A DNA stretch of 64,000 nt from Eubacterium sp. (GTDB lineage Bacteria > Bacillota > Clostridia > Lachnospirales > Lachnospiraceae): the NCBI GenBank assembly GCA_034089785.1, contig JAXDTV010000061.1, positions 593 through 64,592 on the forward strand, written 5' to 3'. Shown here piece after piece: positions 23,993-32,997 of the stretch. Both the position numbers and the translations under genes were made by a program. The notes under the pieces are model-generated. The model made no database searches and had not been told where the DNA came from. It worked only from the letters and a program-made list of their open reading frames with translations. Numbering within the stretch: position 1 is the stretch's first letter; each line of letters begins with the position of its first letter.

Positions 23993-25492
23993 ATGAAAAA
24001 TATATTTATTGTTGTTTTATGGATCCTCGCTTTTTCACTGATTGCCTGCTATATGGCCATACGAAAGAAAAAGTCTGAGGTTAAAAAACTGACACAGATC
24101 CTTTTACTGGCAACGGCTCTGACAGAGATTGTGTTTTCTGTGACTTTCTTTAATTACAGTCCATTGGTGATCGATCTGGCTTTTGGATTATATTTGTCCT
24201 GTGTGGACTGGCTTTTGTATATATTGATGATGTATACAAAAACATATACAAAAGTATTCAATGAGATAAAATTTGTCCGCTGTGGAATGATCGTGTTTTG
24301 TCTTCTGGATTCGATTTCCATGATTGCTAACTGTTTTTTACATCACAGTTTCACTCTGCATCCGGTGACTTTTTTGAATCAACCCTATTATGTAATCGGA
24401 GAGAGAACGCCGTTTTTTATCGTTCATGTGATCTTTGTGGATGTGTGGATCTTTGCTATCTTGCTGGGATATGTGTTTAAGACCATGCGGGTGGCCAGCA
24501 TGTACAAGTGTAAATATTACCCGGTGATGATCCTGACTATCACGATCATTATTGCCAGTGCTTACTTTGAGTTCAGCAGTATTCCGGTGGACTTTTCGGT
24601 GATCGTATATGCGCTGGCTGCGCTGACTCTGTGCTGGTTTTCCATGTATGTCATACCACAGGATCTTGTATACAATGCGTTTTCTTTTGTGATCAATGAT
24701 TATAATGATGGTATTATGTGCTTCGATAACGAGGACCAGTGTATTTACATTAACGATATTATGAGTGGATATATCTGTGTGAGAGAAGAGGAAAAGGAAC
24801 TGATTCATCAAAATTTTCAGGAATGGAAAAAAGAGCATCTGACTGCAGATAAAAAGTATCTTTCCTGGGAGCAGATCGAGGTAATAGACGGAGAGCGTCG
24901 TTTGTTTGAGCATAACTATAGGAAACTTTATGATAAAAGGGGGCGTTACATCGGATGTTATTTTGCTTTGAAAGATAAGTCTGTACTGTTAGAACAGCTG
25001 AGAAAAGAACATTACCGTGTGACTCACGATTCCCTCACGGATATCTATAATGAGCAGCAGTTTTATGAGGTGACCCAGGATAAACTGGAACCGGGGAAAG
25101 ATTACTTTATGGTTTGCTTTAACATTGATGATTTTAAAAAGTATAATCATATCTGTGGCAGAGAAAAAGGAGACGAAGTGCTGCGTGTGTTGTCTATGTT
25201 GCTGCGCAAAAATAAGGAACGCCTGGTTACTTACGGCAGGCTGCGTGAGGATAAGTTCGTGTTTGCCCTGAAACGGGATGAACTGGATTTTTCTTATATG
25301 GAAAAGCAATTGGAGAGAATTCAGCAGCGGTTTGGCACGGAGGATGATGCTCCGTTACATATTTATGTTGGAGTTTACCCGATAGAGGATCCGGGGGAAA
25401 AAGTGGAGTCGATGTGCCGCAAGGCGGAATGGGTGTCTCACGCAGAAAATAAACAGGATCATACAATGACAAGTTATTACCAGGAGGACTAA
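23993..25492 (+). CDS. Membrane sensor protein: N-terminal multi-TM (7TM-like) domain, PAS-like linker, C-terminal degenerate GGDEF domain
   Basis: About 7 hydrophobic helices in the first 215 aa or so. The C-terminal THDSLTDIYNEQQF...FNIDDFKKYNHICGREKGDEVL...YGRLREDKFVFAL matches the GGDEF fold. The signature reads REDKF instead of GG(D/E)EF. Confidence 0.8.
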   Translation: MKNIFIVVLWILAFSLIACYMAIRKKKSEVKKLTQILLLATALTEIVFSVTFFNYSPLVIDLAFGLYLSCVDWLLYILMMYTKTYTKVFNEIKFVRCGMIVFCLLDSISMIANCFLHHSFTLHPVTFLNQPYYVIGERTPFFIVHVIFVDVWIFAILLGYVFKTMRVASMYKCKYYPVMILTITIIIASAYFEFSSIPVDFSVIVYALAALTLCWFSMYVIPQDLVYNAFSFVINDYNDGIMCFDNEDQCIYINDIMSGYICVREEEKELIHQNFQEWKKEHLTADKKYLSWEQIEVIDGERRLFEHNYRKLYDKRGRYIGCYFALKDKSVLLEQLRKEHYRVTHDSLTDIYNEQQFYEVTQDKLEPGKDYFMVCFNIDDFKKYNHICGREKGDEVLRVLSMLLRKNKERLVTYGRLREDKFVFALKRDELDFSYMEKQLERIQQRFGTEDDAPLHIYVGVYPIEDPGEKVESMCRKAEWVSHAENKQDHTMTSYYQED

Positions 25493-25496
25493 TACA

Positions 25497-26285
25497 ATGG
25501 AAATAGAAAAAAATCTGCCCATCGGATTTATGGATTCCGGTCTGGGAGGACTGAGTGTTTTGAAGGAAGCACTTCGTGTTATGCCTTATGAGGATTTTAT
25601 CTATTATGGAGACTCTGCCCATGCACCTTATGGTACCAAAGAGCCGGAGCAGATCAGAGAACTTACGTTTCATGTGGTGGAGCATTTGCTGGACCGGGGA
25701 ATCAAAGGGCTTGCTATTGCCTGTAATACGGCTACCAGTGCGGCAGTGCGTTATCTGCGGCAGATGTATCCGGATCTTCCTCTGGTAGGTATCGAACCGG
25801 CCATCAAACCGGCGGTAGAAAGTAGTCATGGGGGCACTATATTGGTTATGGCCACGCCTATGACCATTCAGCAGGAAAAATTTCAGAAACTTTTGGCTAT
25901 ATACAGACAGAATTCAAAGATTGTGCCGGTGCCTTGCAAGGGATTGATGGAGTTTGTGGAAAAAGGGGATCTGGATGGCAAATTTTTAGATGAGTATTTT
26001 ACAGAGCATCTTCTGCCATACTTAACAGAGGATACCGAGACGATTGTTCTTGGATGTACTCACTATCCGTTTTTGCGGCCGCATTTGAGAGAATTTCTGG
26101 GAAATGAAAATATATCGTTGATTGACGGAAGTCTGGGAACAGCCAGGGAACTGAAACGGCGGATCCGGGAGAAAGGGCTTTTGCAGGAAGAAGAGCGGGA
26201 GAGAAGTGTGGTGATTGAAAACTCACTGCAGGATGATCAGATGATCGAGAGAAGTTACCGCCTGCTGCAGGCACCGATCAACTGA
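25497..26285 (+). CDS. murI: Glutamate racemase
   Basis: Contains IGFMDSGLGGLSV, ACNTAT and LGCTHYP motifs. Confidence 0.95.
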   Translation: MEIEKNLPIGFMDSGLGGLSVLKEALRVMPYEDFIYYGDSAHAPYGTKEPEQIRELTFHVVEHLLDRGIKGLAIACNTATSAAVRYLRQMYPDLPLVGIEPAIKPAVESSHGGTILVMATPMTIQQEKFQKLLAIYRQNSKIVPVPCKGLMEFVEKGDLDGKFLDEYFTEHLLPYLTEDTETIVLGCTHYPFLRPHLREFLGNENISLIDGSLGTARELKRRIREKGLLQEEERERSVVIENSLQDDQMIERSYRLLQAPIN

Positions 26286-26335
26286 TAAAAGAAAAAGGCG
26301 TCTTACGAGACGCCCAGAACTAAGGTGTTATGAGA

Positions 26336-26369
26336 AAATCAACGATGGCGTCATTGATTTCTATTTTTT
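26336..26369 (+). terminator. Terminator candidate after murI
   Basis: AAATCAACGA-tggcg-TCATTGATTT followed by cTATTTTTT. A second GC hairpin, GGCGTCT-tacg-AGACGCC, lies at 26297-26314. Confidence 0.5.
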
Positions 26370-26550
26370 ATCAGCATTTGTGACTTGATGATTCGCTGAA
26401 GATCATCAACAGTCATTATCATAAACGGTATGTCGGCAGAAGTCAAGGGGATAACAGCAACACAAAAGAGTATATATTTTTTGTGTAAAAAACTTAATTT
26501 TAATGGGAAAAAGACAAATAAACTTAATTTAATAAAGGGGAATAAAGATT

Positions 26551-27003
26551 TTGAATATATTAGGACTGGACAAAATAGACCGCAGGATCATGGAGATTTT
26601 GCAGCAGGATGCGAGAACACCAATAAAAGACATTGCCAAAGAAGTATTTTTGACATCTCCGGCCGTGTCGGCCCGGATCAACCGGCTGGTGGAAGAAGGG
26701 TATATCGTGGGATTTCATGCGGAGATCAATCCGAAAAAGCTGGGCTACCACATCAAGGCGTTCATCAACCTGGAAGTGCAGCCGGAGGATAAAAGCGAAT
26801 TTTATCCGTATATAGAAAAATGTCCTAATGTGATTGAGTGTAACTGTGTCACCGGAGATTATTCCATGATCCTGGAAGTGCAGTTTCCATCTACTACCGA
26901 CCTGGATCAGTTCATTGGAGAACTGCAGGAGTTTGGCAGAACGAAAACATTGATCGTGTTTTCTACCAATGTGGAGCACAGAGGGGTCTGGGTGCAGGAG
27001 TAA
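26551..27003 (+). CDS. Lrp/AsnC family transcriptional regulator
   Basis: TTG start after an AAGGGGAA SD. Has LDKIDRRIMEILQQDARTPIKDIAKEVFLTSPAVSARINRLVEEGYI (HTH) followed by an RAM/AsnC_trans_reg domain. Confidence 0.9.
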   Translation: MNILGLDKIDRRIMEILQQDARTPIKDIAKEVFLTSPAVSARINRLVEEGYIVGFHAEINPKKLGYHIKAFINLEVQPEDKSEFYPYIEKCPNVIECNCVTGDYSMILEVQFPSTTDLDQFIGELQEFGRTKTLIVFSTNVEHRGVWVQE

Positions 27004-27009
27004 ACAGTT

Positions 27010-27083
27010 AAAAGAAGTTCATTCGTTGGAGACGGGAAACGCTTCGCGTTTAAGTCTCCAGCCGAATGGAACTTCTTTTTTTA
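27010..27083. repeat. 74-nt long-hairpin repeat, copy A (terminator-like, A-run/T-run flanked)
   Basis: AAAAGAAGTTCATTCGTTGGAGACGGGAAACGCTTCGCGTTTAAGTCTCCAGCCGAATGGAACTTCTTTTTTTA. It is identical over all 74 nt to 31163-31236. It folds into a nearly continuous stem of about 30 bp with an inner AAACGC/GCGTTT stem. Confidence 0.9.
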
Positions 27084-27241
27084 TGGAAAAGGGGGACAGA
27101 ATTAATGAATTATAATATACAAAAATAATATAATGATAAAATATAACTAACAAAATTAACAAATAATATTGACGAAAAAACAAAGAAATGATAACATAAA
27201 TATTGTAAGTGATGATGCGTATTAAACATGGAGGGAGCAAA

Positions 27242-28177
27242 ATGAGCAGAGCAATACATATCAGAAAAATTATAACATTCTTAGTTATCATGACATTCTT
27301 TTTAACAGCGTGTTCCGCTGATTCTCTTGTAGAAATAGAAAACAAAGATGTGCAATTCCAGGAAGTAAATAAACAATTGAAAGATTTAAAACAGATTAAG
27401 GTAAAGGGTATGGATGACAATCAGATGGAAAAAATGAGACAGATTGTTTACCAAAATTATTTCCGTCGTCGAGAAGACGTAAAACATCAGGAAAAGAAAG
27501 GTACTAACGCAGAGGGTACAATTGTGTACAAATCAGACGATATGTATCAGTTACTGGAATGGGGAGTCAATGGTTTTTATTTTCACGGTGATTTTTTTGG
27601 AGAGGGTTACAAGTACAAAGGAACAGACGATACGGTAATCGAAAAAGAAACCGAACTTTTATTAAAGCGTCTAGGTCTGAATTACAACGATAAAAACAAT
27701 GGTTATGCCATCGGTAAAAAAATGATTCAAGGAGATAACAGTGTAGAGGTTCATTTGAAAAAATATATAAAAGGAAAAGAAATATCATTAGCATCGGTAG
27801 ATAGGGGTGAATTACCGAGTATGGATTCCATAAATATTATATTTGGAGATAATCAGGTTATTGGCATTGATGTGAGCAGATTGACAGAGACAGTTGAAGT
27901 GAAGAACCTTAAGGAAGATGCACTGGTAAATAACGCGGACAAAGCATACAAACTTATGACCAGTTTTGTCAATGAAGCCTATGGATTGGAAAAAAGAACT
28001 ATGGATACAGTATGGGTTTCGTATACCATGAAAGAAGAGGACAATGGTATTTTCACAATGAGACCGGTGGTGGATTTCTATGACAAAGGTTTTATAGGAC
28101 GGATTATACAGGTTGATGTGTGCACAAAAGGAGTGGAGTCAGCTTTGTGGGCCAGTCCAACAAGTTTGGAACAGTAA
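27242..28177 (+). CDS. Putative lipoprotein of unknown function
   Basis: A GGAGGGAG SD precedes the ATG at 27242. It has a signal peptide with the lipobox FFLTAC. I recognise no domain. Confidence 0.7.
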   Translation: MSRAIHIRKIITFLVIMTFFLTACSADSLVEIENKDVQFQEVNKQLKDLKQIKVKGMDDNQMEKMRQIVYQNYFRRREDVKHQEKKGTNAEGTIVYKSDDMYQLLEWGVNGFYFHGDFFGEGYKYKGTDDTVIEKETELLLKRLGLNYNDKNNGYAIGKKMIQGDNSVEVHLKKYIKGKEISLASVDRGELPSMDSINIIFGDNQVIGIDVSRLTETVEVKNLKEDALVNNADKAYKLMTSFVNEAYGLEKRTMDTVWVSYTMKEEDNGIFTMRPVVDFYDKGFIGRIIQVDVCTKGVESALWASPTSLEQ

Positions 28178-28193
28178 TGAGGGGGGATTTAAT

Positions 28194-28994
28194 TTGCTAA
28201 GGACAGAGTTAAAAAAGATTATTTTTTCACCGCAGTACATTATTTGTGTTGTTGTACTGTTCGTGTTGTTAATGGTTGGAACGGTAGGATTCTGGTCACA
28301 GAAACTGGGTGACCAGACTATTTCCATGATTGCGCATTTTTTCAATGCCTGGGATACATTTGGGCATGTGTGCATTGTTGTGCCGCTGCTGGCAGCGGTT
28401 CCGGTTACTTTTCTTCTGCATGACGAGTTGAACAGTGGATATATTCATTTTTCCCTTATTCGTGCCGGAAAGAAAAAGTATATTTTTGTGAAGTTAATTG
28501 CCGGCATATTGTCGGGAATGTTAATGGTTTTGACAGCGGAGGTATTATTTACAGTTACTTTGATCGTGCTGACACCGGGAGAGATCAATTTTTTGGATCA
28601 GCAGAATCTTCTGGGAGAGGATTCCTGTTTTTATCTGGATCTGGTAAGGAGTGGCAATGGATATATTGCTTACATTATCTGGTCGTTACTTGCCGGGTTG
28701 TATGGTGCGGTTTTTTCAGCTATGGCAGTGGCATGCAGTGCTGTGGCAAAAAACAAATATGTGGCTGCTGTGATACCTTTTATCATATTTTTGCTGGTGG
28801 AGAATCTACTCTTTTCCATGATGTACATACCAAAGGTGATCCGGGTTGGATTTGAGGCTATTTTTTACCCTTATATGCTCACGGATTGGCTCAGTGGAAT
28901 TCCGACATCGGTGTGTGACGCGCTGATATGGATACTGGCAAGTGCAGTGCTATTCTGGTTTGTAGTTCAACGCAGAGTGAAAGGGAAGGGGTGA
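28194..28994 (+). CDS. ABC-2-type permease-like membrane protein (paralog 1)
   Basis: TTG at 28194 after a GAGGGGGGA SD. The N-terminus LLRTELKKIIFSPQY is typical of ABC-2 / lantibiotic-immunity-type permeases. It has about 6 TM segments. Confidence 0.7.
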   Translation: MLRTELKKIIFSPQYIICVVVLFVLLMVGTVGFWSQKLGDQTISMIAHFFNAWDTFGHVCIVVPLLAAVPVTFLLHDELNSGYIHFSLIRAGKKKYIFVKLIAGILSGMLMVLTAEVLFTVTLIVLTPGEINFLDQQNLLGEDSCFYLDLVRSGNGYIAYIIWSLLAGLYGAVFSAMAVACSAVAKNKYVAAVIPFIIFLLVENLLFSMMYIPKVIRVGFEAIFYPYMLTDWLSGIPTSVCDALIWILASAVLFWFVVQRRVKGKG

Positions 28995-29000
28995 GAAAAT

Positions 29001-29777
29001 ATGCTAAAATTGTTAAAGAGGAATATAGTAAAGCGTTTTATATCCTGGAAAACTATTGTGCTGATGATTGTGGGCCTGGGAACGATGTTTACCTGTTATC
29101 AGCATGTACCGGGCAGGAATGGGATACACTTTTCGTATTTGATTCTGGAAGGACCGTTTGCTGTGTTTTATCAGGTGGTTTCGCCCCAAAATTCTACCTT
29201 GATCGCATCGGTTTTACTGGCAATCATGATTTTATATTTTATGGAATCTCCTATTATTAACCAGGATGACCGTTTTTTCATTATAAGGACTGGAAAAAAG
29301 CCGTGGATCATAACGGAAATGATCGGCATTTTGTGCAGCAGTGTCATCTGGATCCTCCTTATCAACATAATGGGATGCATATCCAGTTATAACCATATGG
29401 ACTGGGCGGATTATCATATTTATACGAGTAACATGAAATGTATGCTCATATATCTGTTGGCATATACTTGTATCGGTCTGCTGATCCTATTGTTCCACCT
29501 GCTGAACATAAAAGCACTGGGAACGGCTGTGATGGTTACACTGTTTTTGCTGGAAAATTTTATTTTAGATGTCCTGCCTAACAATATTAGTGTGTTCAGT
29601 GACAGCGCGGACAGCGGGAAAATTCTGTCTGTGATAAAAAAGTTTACATTCATGAACCGGATGGAAAATGGATATATGGGAGATAGTTTTCTCACCAGTA
29701 TTTTGTATTTTGGAATTATCATAGTTGTATTGGTGCAGTTGAATCTGACTTATGCGGGGAAACATGAAATTGGGTAA
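29001..29777 (+). CDS. Polytopic membrane protein, permease-like (paralog 2)
   Basis: 258-aa multi-TM ORF starting 6 nt after the previous gene, with the N-terminus MLKLLKRNIVKRF. Confidence 0.65.
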   Translation: MLKLLKRNIVKRFISWKTIVLMIVGLGTMFTCYQHVPGRNGIHFSYLILEGPFAVFYQVVSPQNSTLIASVLLAIMILYFMESPIINQDDRFFIIRTGKKPWIITEMIGILCSSVIWILLINIMGCISSYNHMDWADYHIYTSNMKCMLIYLLAYTCIGLLILLFHLLNIKALGTAVMVTLFLLENFILDVLPNNISVFSDSADSGKILSVIKKFTFMNRMENGYMGDSFLTSILYFGIIIVVLVQLNLTYAGKHEIG

Positions 29778-30498
29778 AAAAGGAAATTATGTAGTTAATA
29801 TCATCTTGGTGGCATGTGTGTATGCTGTCATATTTGCTCTTTGCAAACTGGATGTTAAGGATTATGCAAAGTCATATCAGGATATAGAAGAGTTATTGTG
29901 TGCTGTATCCGGGTTCAGGATGACGGATCTGCCTATGGATATCCAGGGACAGATGATAAAGTGGATGCTGTCTCTTTCAGTGGTTTACATATTGGTGGGG
30001 AGAGACATTTATGATCCGTTGAATCATTTGAAATACATTGCAATGGTCCGCTATGGTTCGTACCGGAGATTTTACCAGACTCTTATGAATAAGACAGTGG
30101 TAAATACTCTTTTGTATGGCGTTTGCGGAGCAGGGATAACATATGTGTTGTATCTACTTGGAGGAAACGGGCAGGTAAGTGCAGCAGTATTTATAAAAAT
30201 GAGTATGATCTATATTTTACAGCTGATACTGTTATGTCTCCTGCAGACAGTCTGTATGATCTTGTTTTCAGGGTATACAGCCAGTGTGCTGGTTCTGATC
30301 GCCTGGTTTGTGATGGTCCTGTGTGGTTCGTTCCTTGCAGGGGCTCACTGGCGGTGGCTGCCGGCAAACTGGGGAATGTACATGAGAAGGGCAGAGATAA
30401 CAGAAGGTGGTGTAACGGTGACAGCGTATTGCATAGAGAGTGTTCTGTGTGTGTTATTGTGGATCGTAGTACCACGGGTTATAAAAAGAGAAAAATAA
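29752..30498 (+). CDS. Polytopic membrane protein, permease-like (paralog 3)
   Basis: 248-aa multi-TM ORF overlapping the previous gene. An alternative ATG lies at 29764. Confidence 0.65.
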   Translation: MRGNMKLGKKGNYVVNIILVACVYAVIFALCKLDVKDYAKSYQDIEELLCAVSGFRMTDLPMDIQGQMIKWMLSLSVVYILVGRDIYDPLNHLKYIAMVRYGSYRRFYQTLMNKTVVNTLLYGVCGAGITYVLYLLGGNGQVSAAVFIKMSMIYILQLILLCLLQTVCMILFSGYTASVLVLIAWFVMVLCGSFLAGAHWRWLPANWGMYMRRAEITEGGVTVTAYCIESVLCVLLWIVVPRVIKREK

Positions 30499-30514
30499 GA
30501 AAGGGCGGTAGAAC

Positions 30515-31162
30515 ATGATAGAATTGACAAAAGTAACAAAAGCATTTAAAAATGAAGAGGTTTTGAAAGAAACAACCATTCAGTTTGAACAGGGTAAAAT
30601 TACAGGTATTGTAGGAAGAAACGGATCCGGAAAAACGGTTCTTATGAAAATTATCTGTGGTTTGCTGAAACCCACGACAGGAACGGTAGTGGTCAATGGA
30701 CAGCGGATCGGAAAAGATGTGGATTTTCCGGGGGATATTGGTATCATTATCGAAACACCGATTTTTGTGCCATATCAGTCTGCCATGACAAATTTAGAGA
30801 ATCTGGCAGCGATCCGCGGAAAAATCAAAGACGACCGCATCCGGGAAGTGATCCGGATGGTCGGTCTGAATCCGGATGACAAAAAGAGAGTAGGTAAATT
30901 CTCTCTGGGTATGCGGCAGCGTCTGGGAATCGCACAGGCAATCATGGAAGATCCTTCTTTGCTGGTGTTAGATGAGCCTATGAACGGACTGGACAAGGAC
31001 GGTGTAGAAGATATGCGCCAGTTGTTCAAGCAGTTGAAAGAAGAAGGAAAGACGATCCTGCTCTGCAGCCACAATGCAGAAGACATTGCTGTTTTGTGTG
31101 ATGAAGTGTACGAGATGGAAAAAGGAGAGATTAAAAAGGTTTTGCCTGAACAGGAAAATTAA
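30515..31162 (+). CDS. ABC transporter ATP-binding protein (ABC-2/DrrA-BcrA-like)
   Basis: Walker A GRNGSGKT, signature FSLGMRQR, and Walker B LLVLDEP. Confidence 0.92.
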   Translation: MIELTKVTKAFKNEEVLKETTIQFEQGKITGIVGRNGSGKTVLMKIICGLLKPTTGTVVVNGQRIGKDVDFPGDIGIIIETPIFVPYQSAMTNLENLAAIRGKIKDDRIREVIRMVGLNPDDKKRVGKFSLGMRQRLGIAQAIMEDPSLLVLDEPMNGLDKDGVEDMRQLFKQLKEEGKTILLCSHNAEDIAVLCDEVYEMEKGEIKKVLPEQEN

Positions 31163-31236
31163 AAAAGAAGTTCATTCGTTGGAGACGGGAAACGCTTCGC
31201 GTTTAAGTCTCCAGCCGAATGGAACTTCTTTTTTTA
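31163..31236. repeat. 74-nt long-hairpin repeat, copy B (bidirectional terminator between convergent ABC genes)
   Basis: Identical to 27010-27083. It begins right after the ATPase stop and overlaps the stop codon of the minus-strand exporter gene. Confidence 0.9.
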
Positions 31237-32997
31237 ATTAAGCTGGTAATACAACCCTTTTAGGTTCATAAGTTCTTCATGGGTGCCGGACTCGGCAATT
31301 CCTTTGTTGGCGATATAGAGGATCCGGTCGGCGTTGCGGATAGTGGAAAGCCGGTGGGCAACCATGAAGGCTGTTTTGTCCTTTAACATAATGTCAAGGG
31401 CTTCCTTGATCAGGATCTCTGTTTCGGTATCAATGGAACTGGTAGCCTCATCCAGAATGACGATGGATGGGTTCTTCAGCACGATGCGGGCAAAGGAGAT
31501 CAGCTGTTTTTCTCCGGCAGACAAACCGGCGCCTCGTTCATCTAATACATGATAATAGCCGTTTTTCAACTTCTGGATAAAGGAGTCGGCAAAAATCTTT
31601 TTGGCGGCTTCTATACATTCTTCGTCGGTTGCGTCCAACCGTCCATAGCGTATATTTTCCATTACAGTTCCATGGAAAATAAATGGATCCTGCATCAGCA
31701 CGCCTACCTCTTTGCGCAGGGATTGAATGGTCACATCCCGCACATCCCGGTCATCGATACACACACTTCCCTCTGCTACATCATAAAATCGTGTCAGCAT
31801 GTTGATAACAGTAGTTTTTCCGGCACCGGTAGGTCCTACTAAGGCAATGGTCTCACCCGGTTTTACATGAAGATCAAAATCCTGCAGGATCGGAACGCCT
31901 TCATCATAGCAGAAGGTTACATGGTTGAAATCCACCTTTCCTTTTACATGCTCCAGCGTTACGGCATTTTCTTTGTCCTCAATGTCTACCGGATGGTCGA
32001 TGGTATCAAAAACCTGCTCTAAGTTGGAGCTGACCTGTGCTAACTGCTGAATGATGATGGCAATCTGAGTCAGAGGACCGCTGAACTGTGTCATGTAAGA
32101 AGTAAAAGCAACTACAATACCGGCGTTTAAGTAACTGTTGCCCTGAAGCATCAGATACAGACTCAGGCCGTAGAGACACAGTGTACCCAGGTTCCAGAAA
32201 ATTTCTACGATAGGGGTATTTAATTCGTTGCGGTAAACGATCTTCATCCATTGTTTCACACTGGCATCGTGTACGATACCGTATGTTTCCTCCGAGCGGT
32301 CGCACTGGTTGTAACTTTTCACGATCTTTTCACCCATAATGGTTTCGATCAAAAAGGCACTCCGGTTGGACAGCTTGGCCCGGTGTCCCGCAAAGAGACG
32401 GCGGATGGAATAACGAAGTGTAAATACCAGCACCATCATAGGAATGACGGCTGCCAGCACTACAGCAGTCAAAACAGGACTAAGGCCTAACATGAAGAAA
32501 ATCACAATGATGATCTTCAAAATGTAAGTTATCAACAAAAGAAGGAAATTTGTGAAGAAATTGGCCAGATCATTGACATAATCGGTCACTCTTACAACGA
32601 TTTTTCCATCTGGTTTGGAGTCAAAGTAATCAAATGACAGCTGCTGCAGCCGGTAAAATGCATCCTGGCGGATCTTAGCAATCGCTTTGTGTCCCATAAC
32701 ACCCATAAGCCGCTGGTGGATCAGGGTAACTCCGATTTCCAGCACGGCCAGTGCGGCCATGCCACTGATAAGCAGTGCCAGGGTTTTGTACTCGTCTGAT
32801 ACCACAACCTGGTCAATGATGGTGCGGAGTAACAAAGGTGTGATCATGGCCGTCACAGAGGAGATGATCATGAGGATCAATACAAGGATCACCGTCTTTT
32901 TGTAAGGCATCATGTATTTAAGAATCCGCCCAAACTGATGGATATCTATCTTTCGTTCAATCTCTTCATCCTGAAAATAGGTATTTCTTTTAGCCAA
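31234..32997 (-). CDS. ABC exporter, fused permease/ATPase (type I exporter half-transporter, MsbA/MdlB-like)
   Basis: Six-TM domain followed by an NBD (GPTGAGKTT, LSAGEKQL, ILDEATS). I chose the TTG at 32997 because it is preceded by GGGAGGTGA. The track start is the TTG at 33024. Confidence 0.9.
   Translation of the reverse strand: MAKRNTYFQDEEIERKIDIHQFGRILKYMMPYKKTVILVLILMIISSVTAMITPLLLRTIIDQVVVSDEYKTLALLISGMAALAVLEIGVTLIHQRLMGVMGHKAIAKIRQDAFYRLQQLSFDYFDSKPDGKIVVRVTDYVNDLANFFTNFLLLLITYILKIIIVIFFMLGLSPVLTAVVLAAVIPMMVLVFTLRYSIRRLFAGHRAKLSNRSAFLIETIMGEKIVKSYNQCDRSEETYGIVHDASVKQWMKIVYRNELNTPIVEIFWNLGTLCLYGLSLYLMLQGNSYLNAGIVVAFTSYMTQFSGPLTQIAIIIQQLAQVSSNLEQVFDTIDHPVDIEDKENAVTLEHVKGKVDFNHVTFCYDEGVPILQDFDLHVKPGETIALVGPTGAGKTTVINMLTRFYDVAEGSVCIDDRDVRDVTIQSLRKEVGVLMQDPFIFHGTVMENIRYGRLDATDEECIEAAKKIFADSFIQKLKNGYYHVLDERGAGLSAGEKQLISFARIVLKNPSIVILDEATSSIDTETEILIKEALDIMLKDKTAFMVAHRLSTIRNADRILYIANKGIAESGTHEELMNLKGLYYQLN

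Noticed and set aside
26297-26550. Possible small RNA in the 265-bp murI-lrp spacer. It contains several hairpins and a duplicated AACTTAATTT(T)AAT motif.
   Set aside because: The hairpins are adequately explained as murI terminators. The duplicated AT-rich motif could be Lrp-type binding sites. I see no promoter-plus-terminator pair that defines an independent transcript.
27105-27128. 7-codon mini-ORF (MNYNIQK) with an AAGGGGGA SD, just after hairpin copy A and upstream of the transporter cassette. It could be a leader peptide for attenuation.
   Set aside because: It lies upstream of the only plausible promoter-like hexamers for the cassette (around 27168-27196). I see no alternative terminator/antiterminator pairing. 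In such AT-rich sequence a short ORF is expected by chance.
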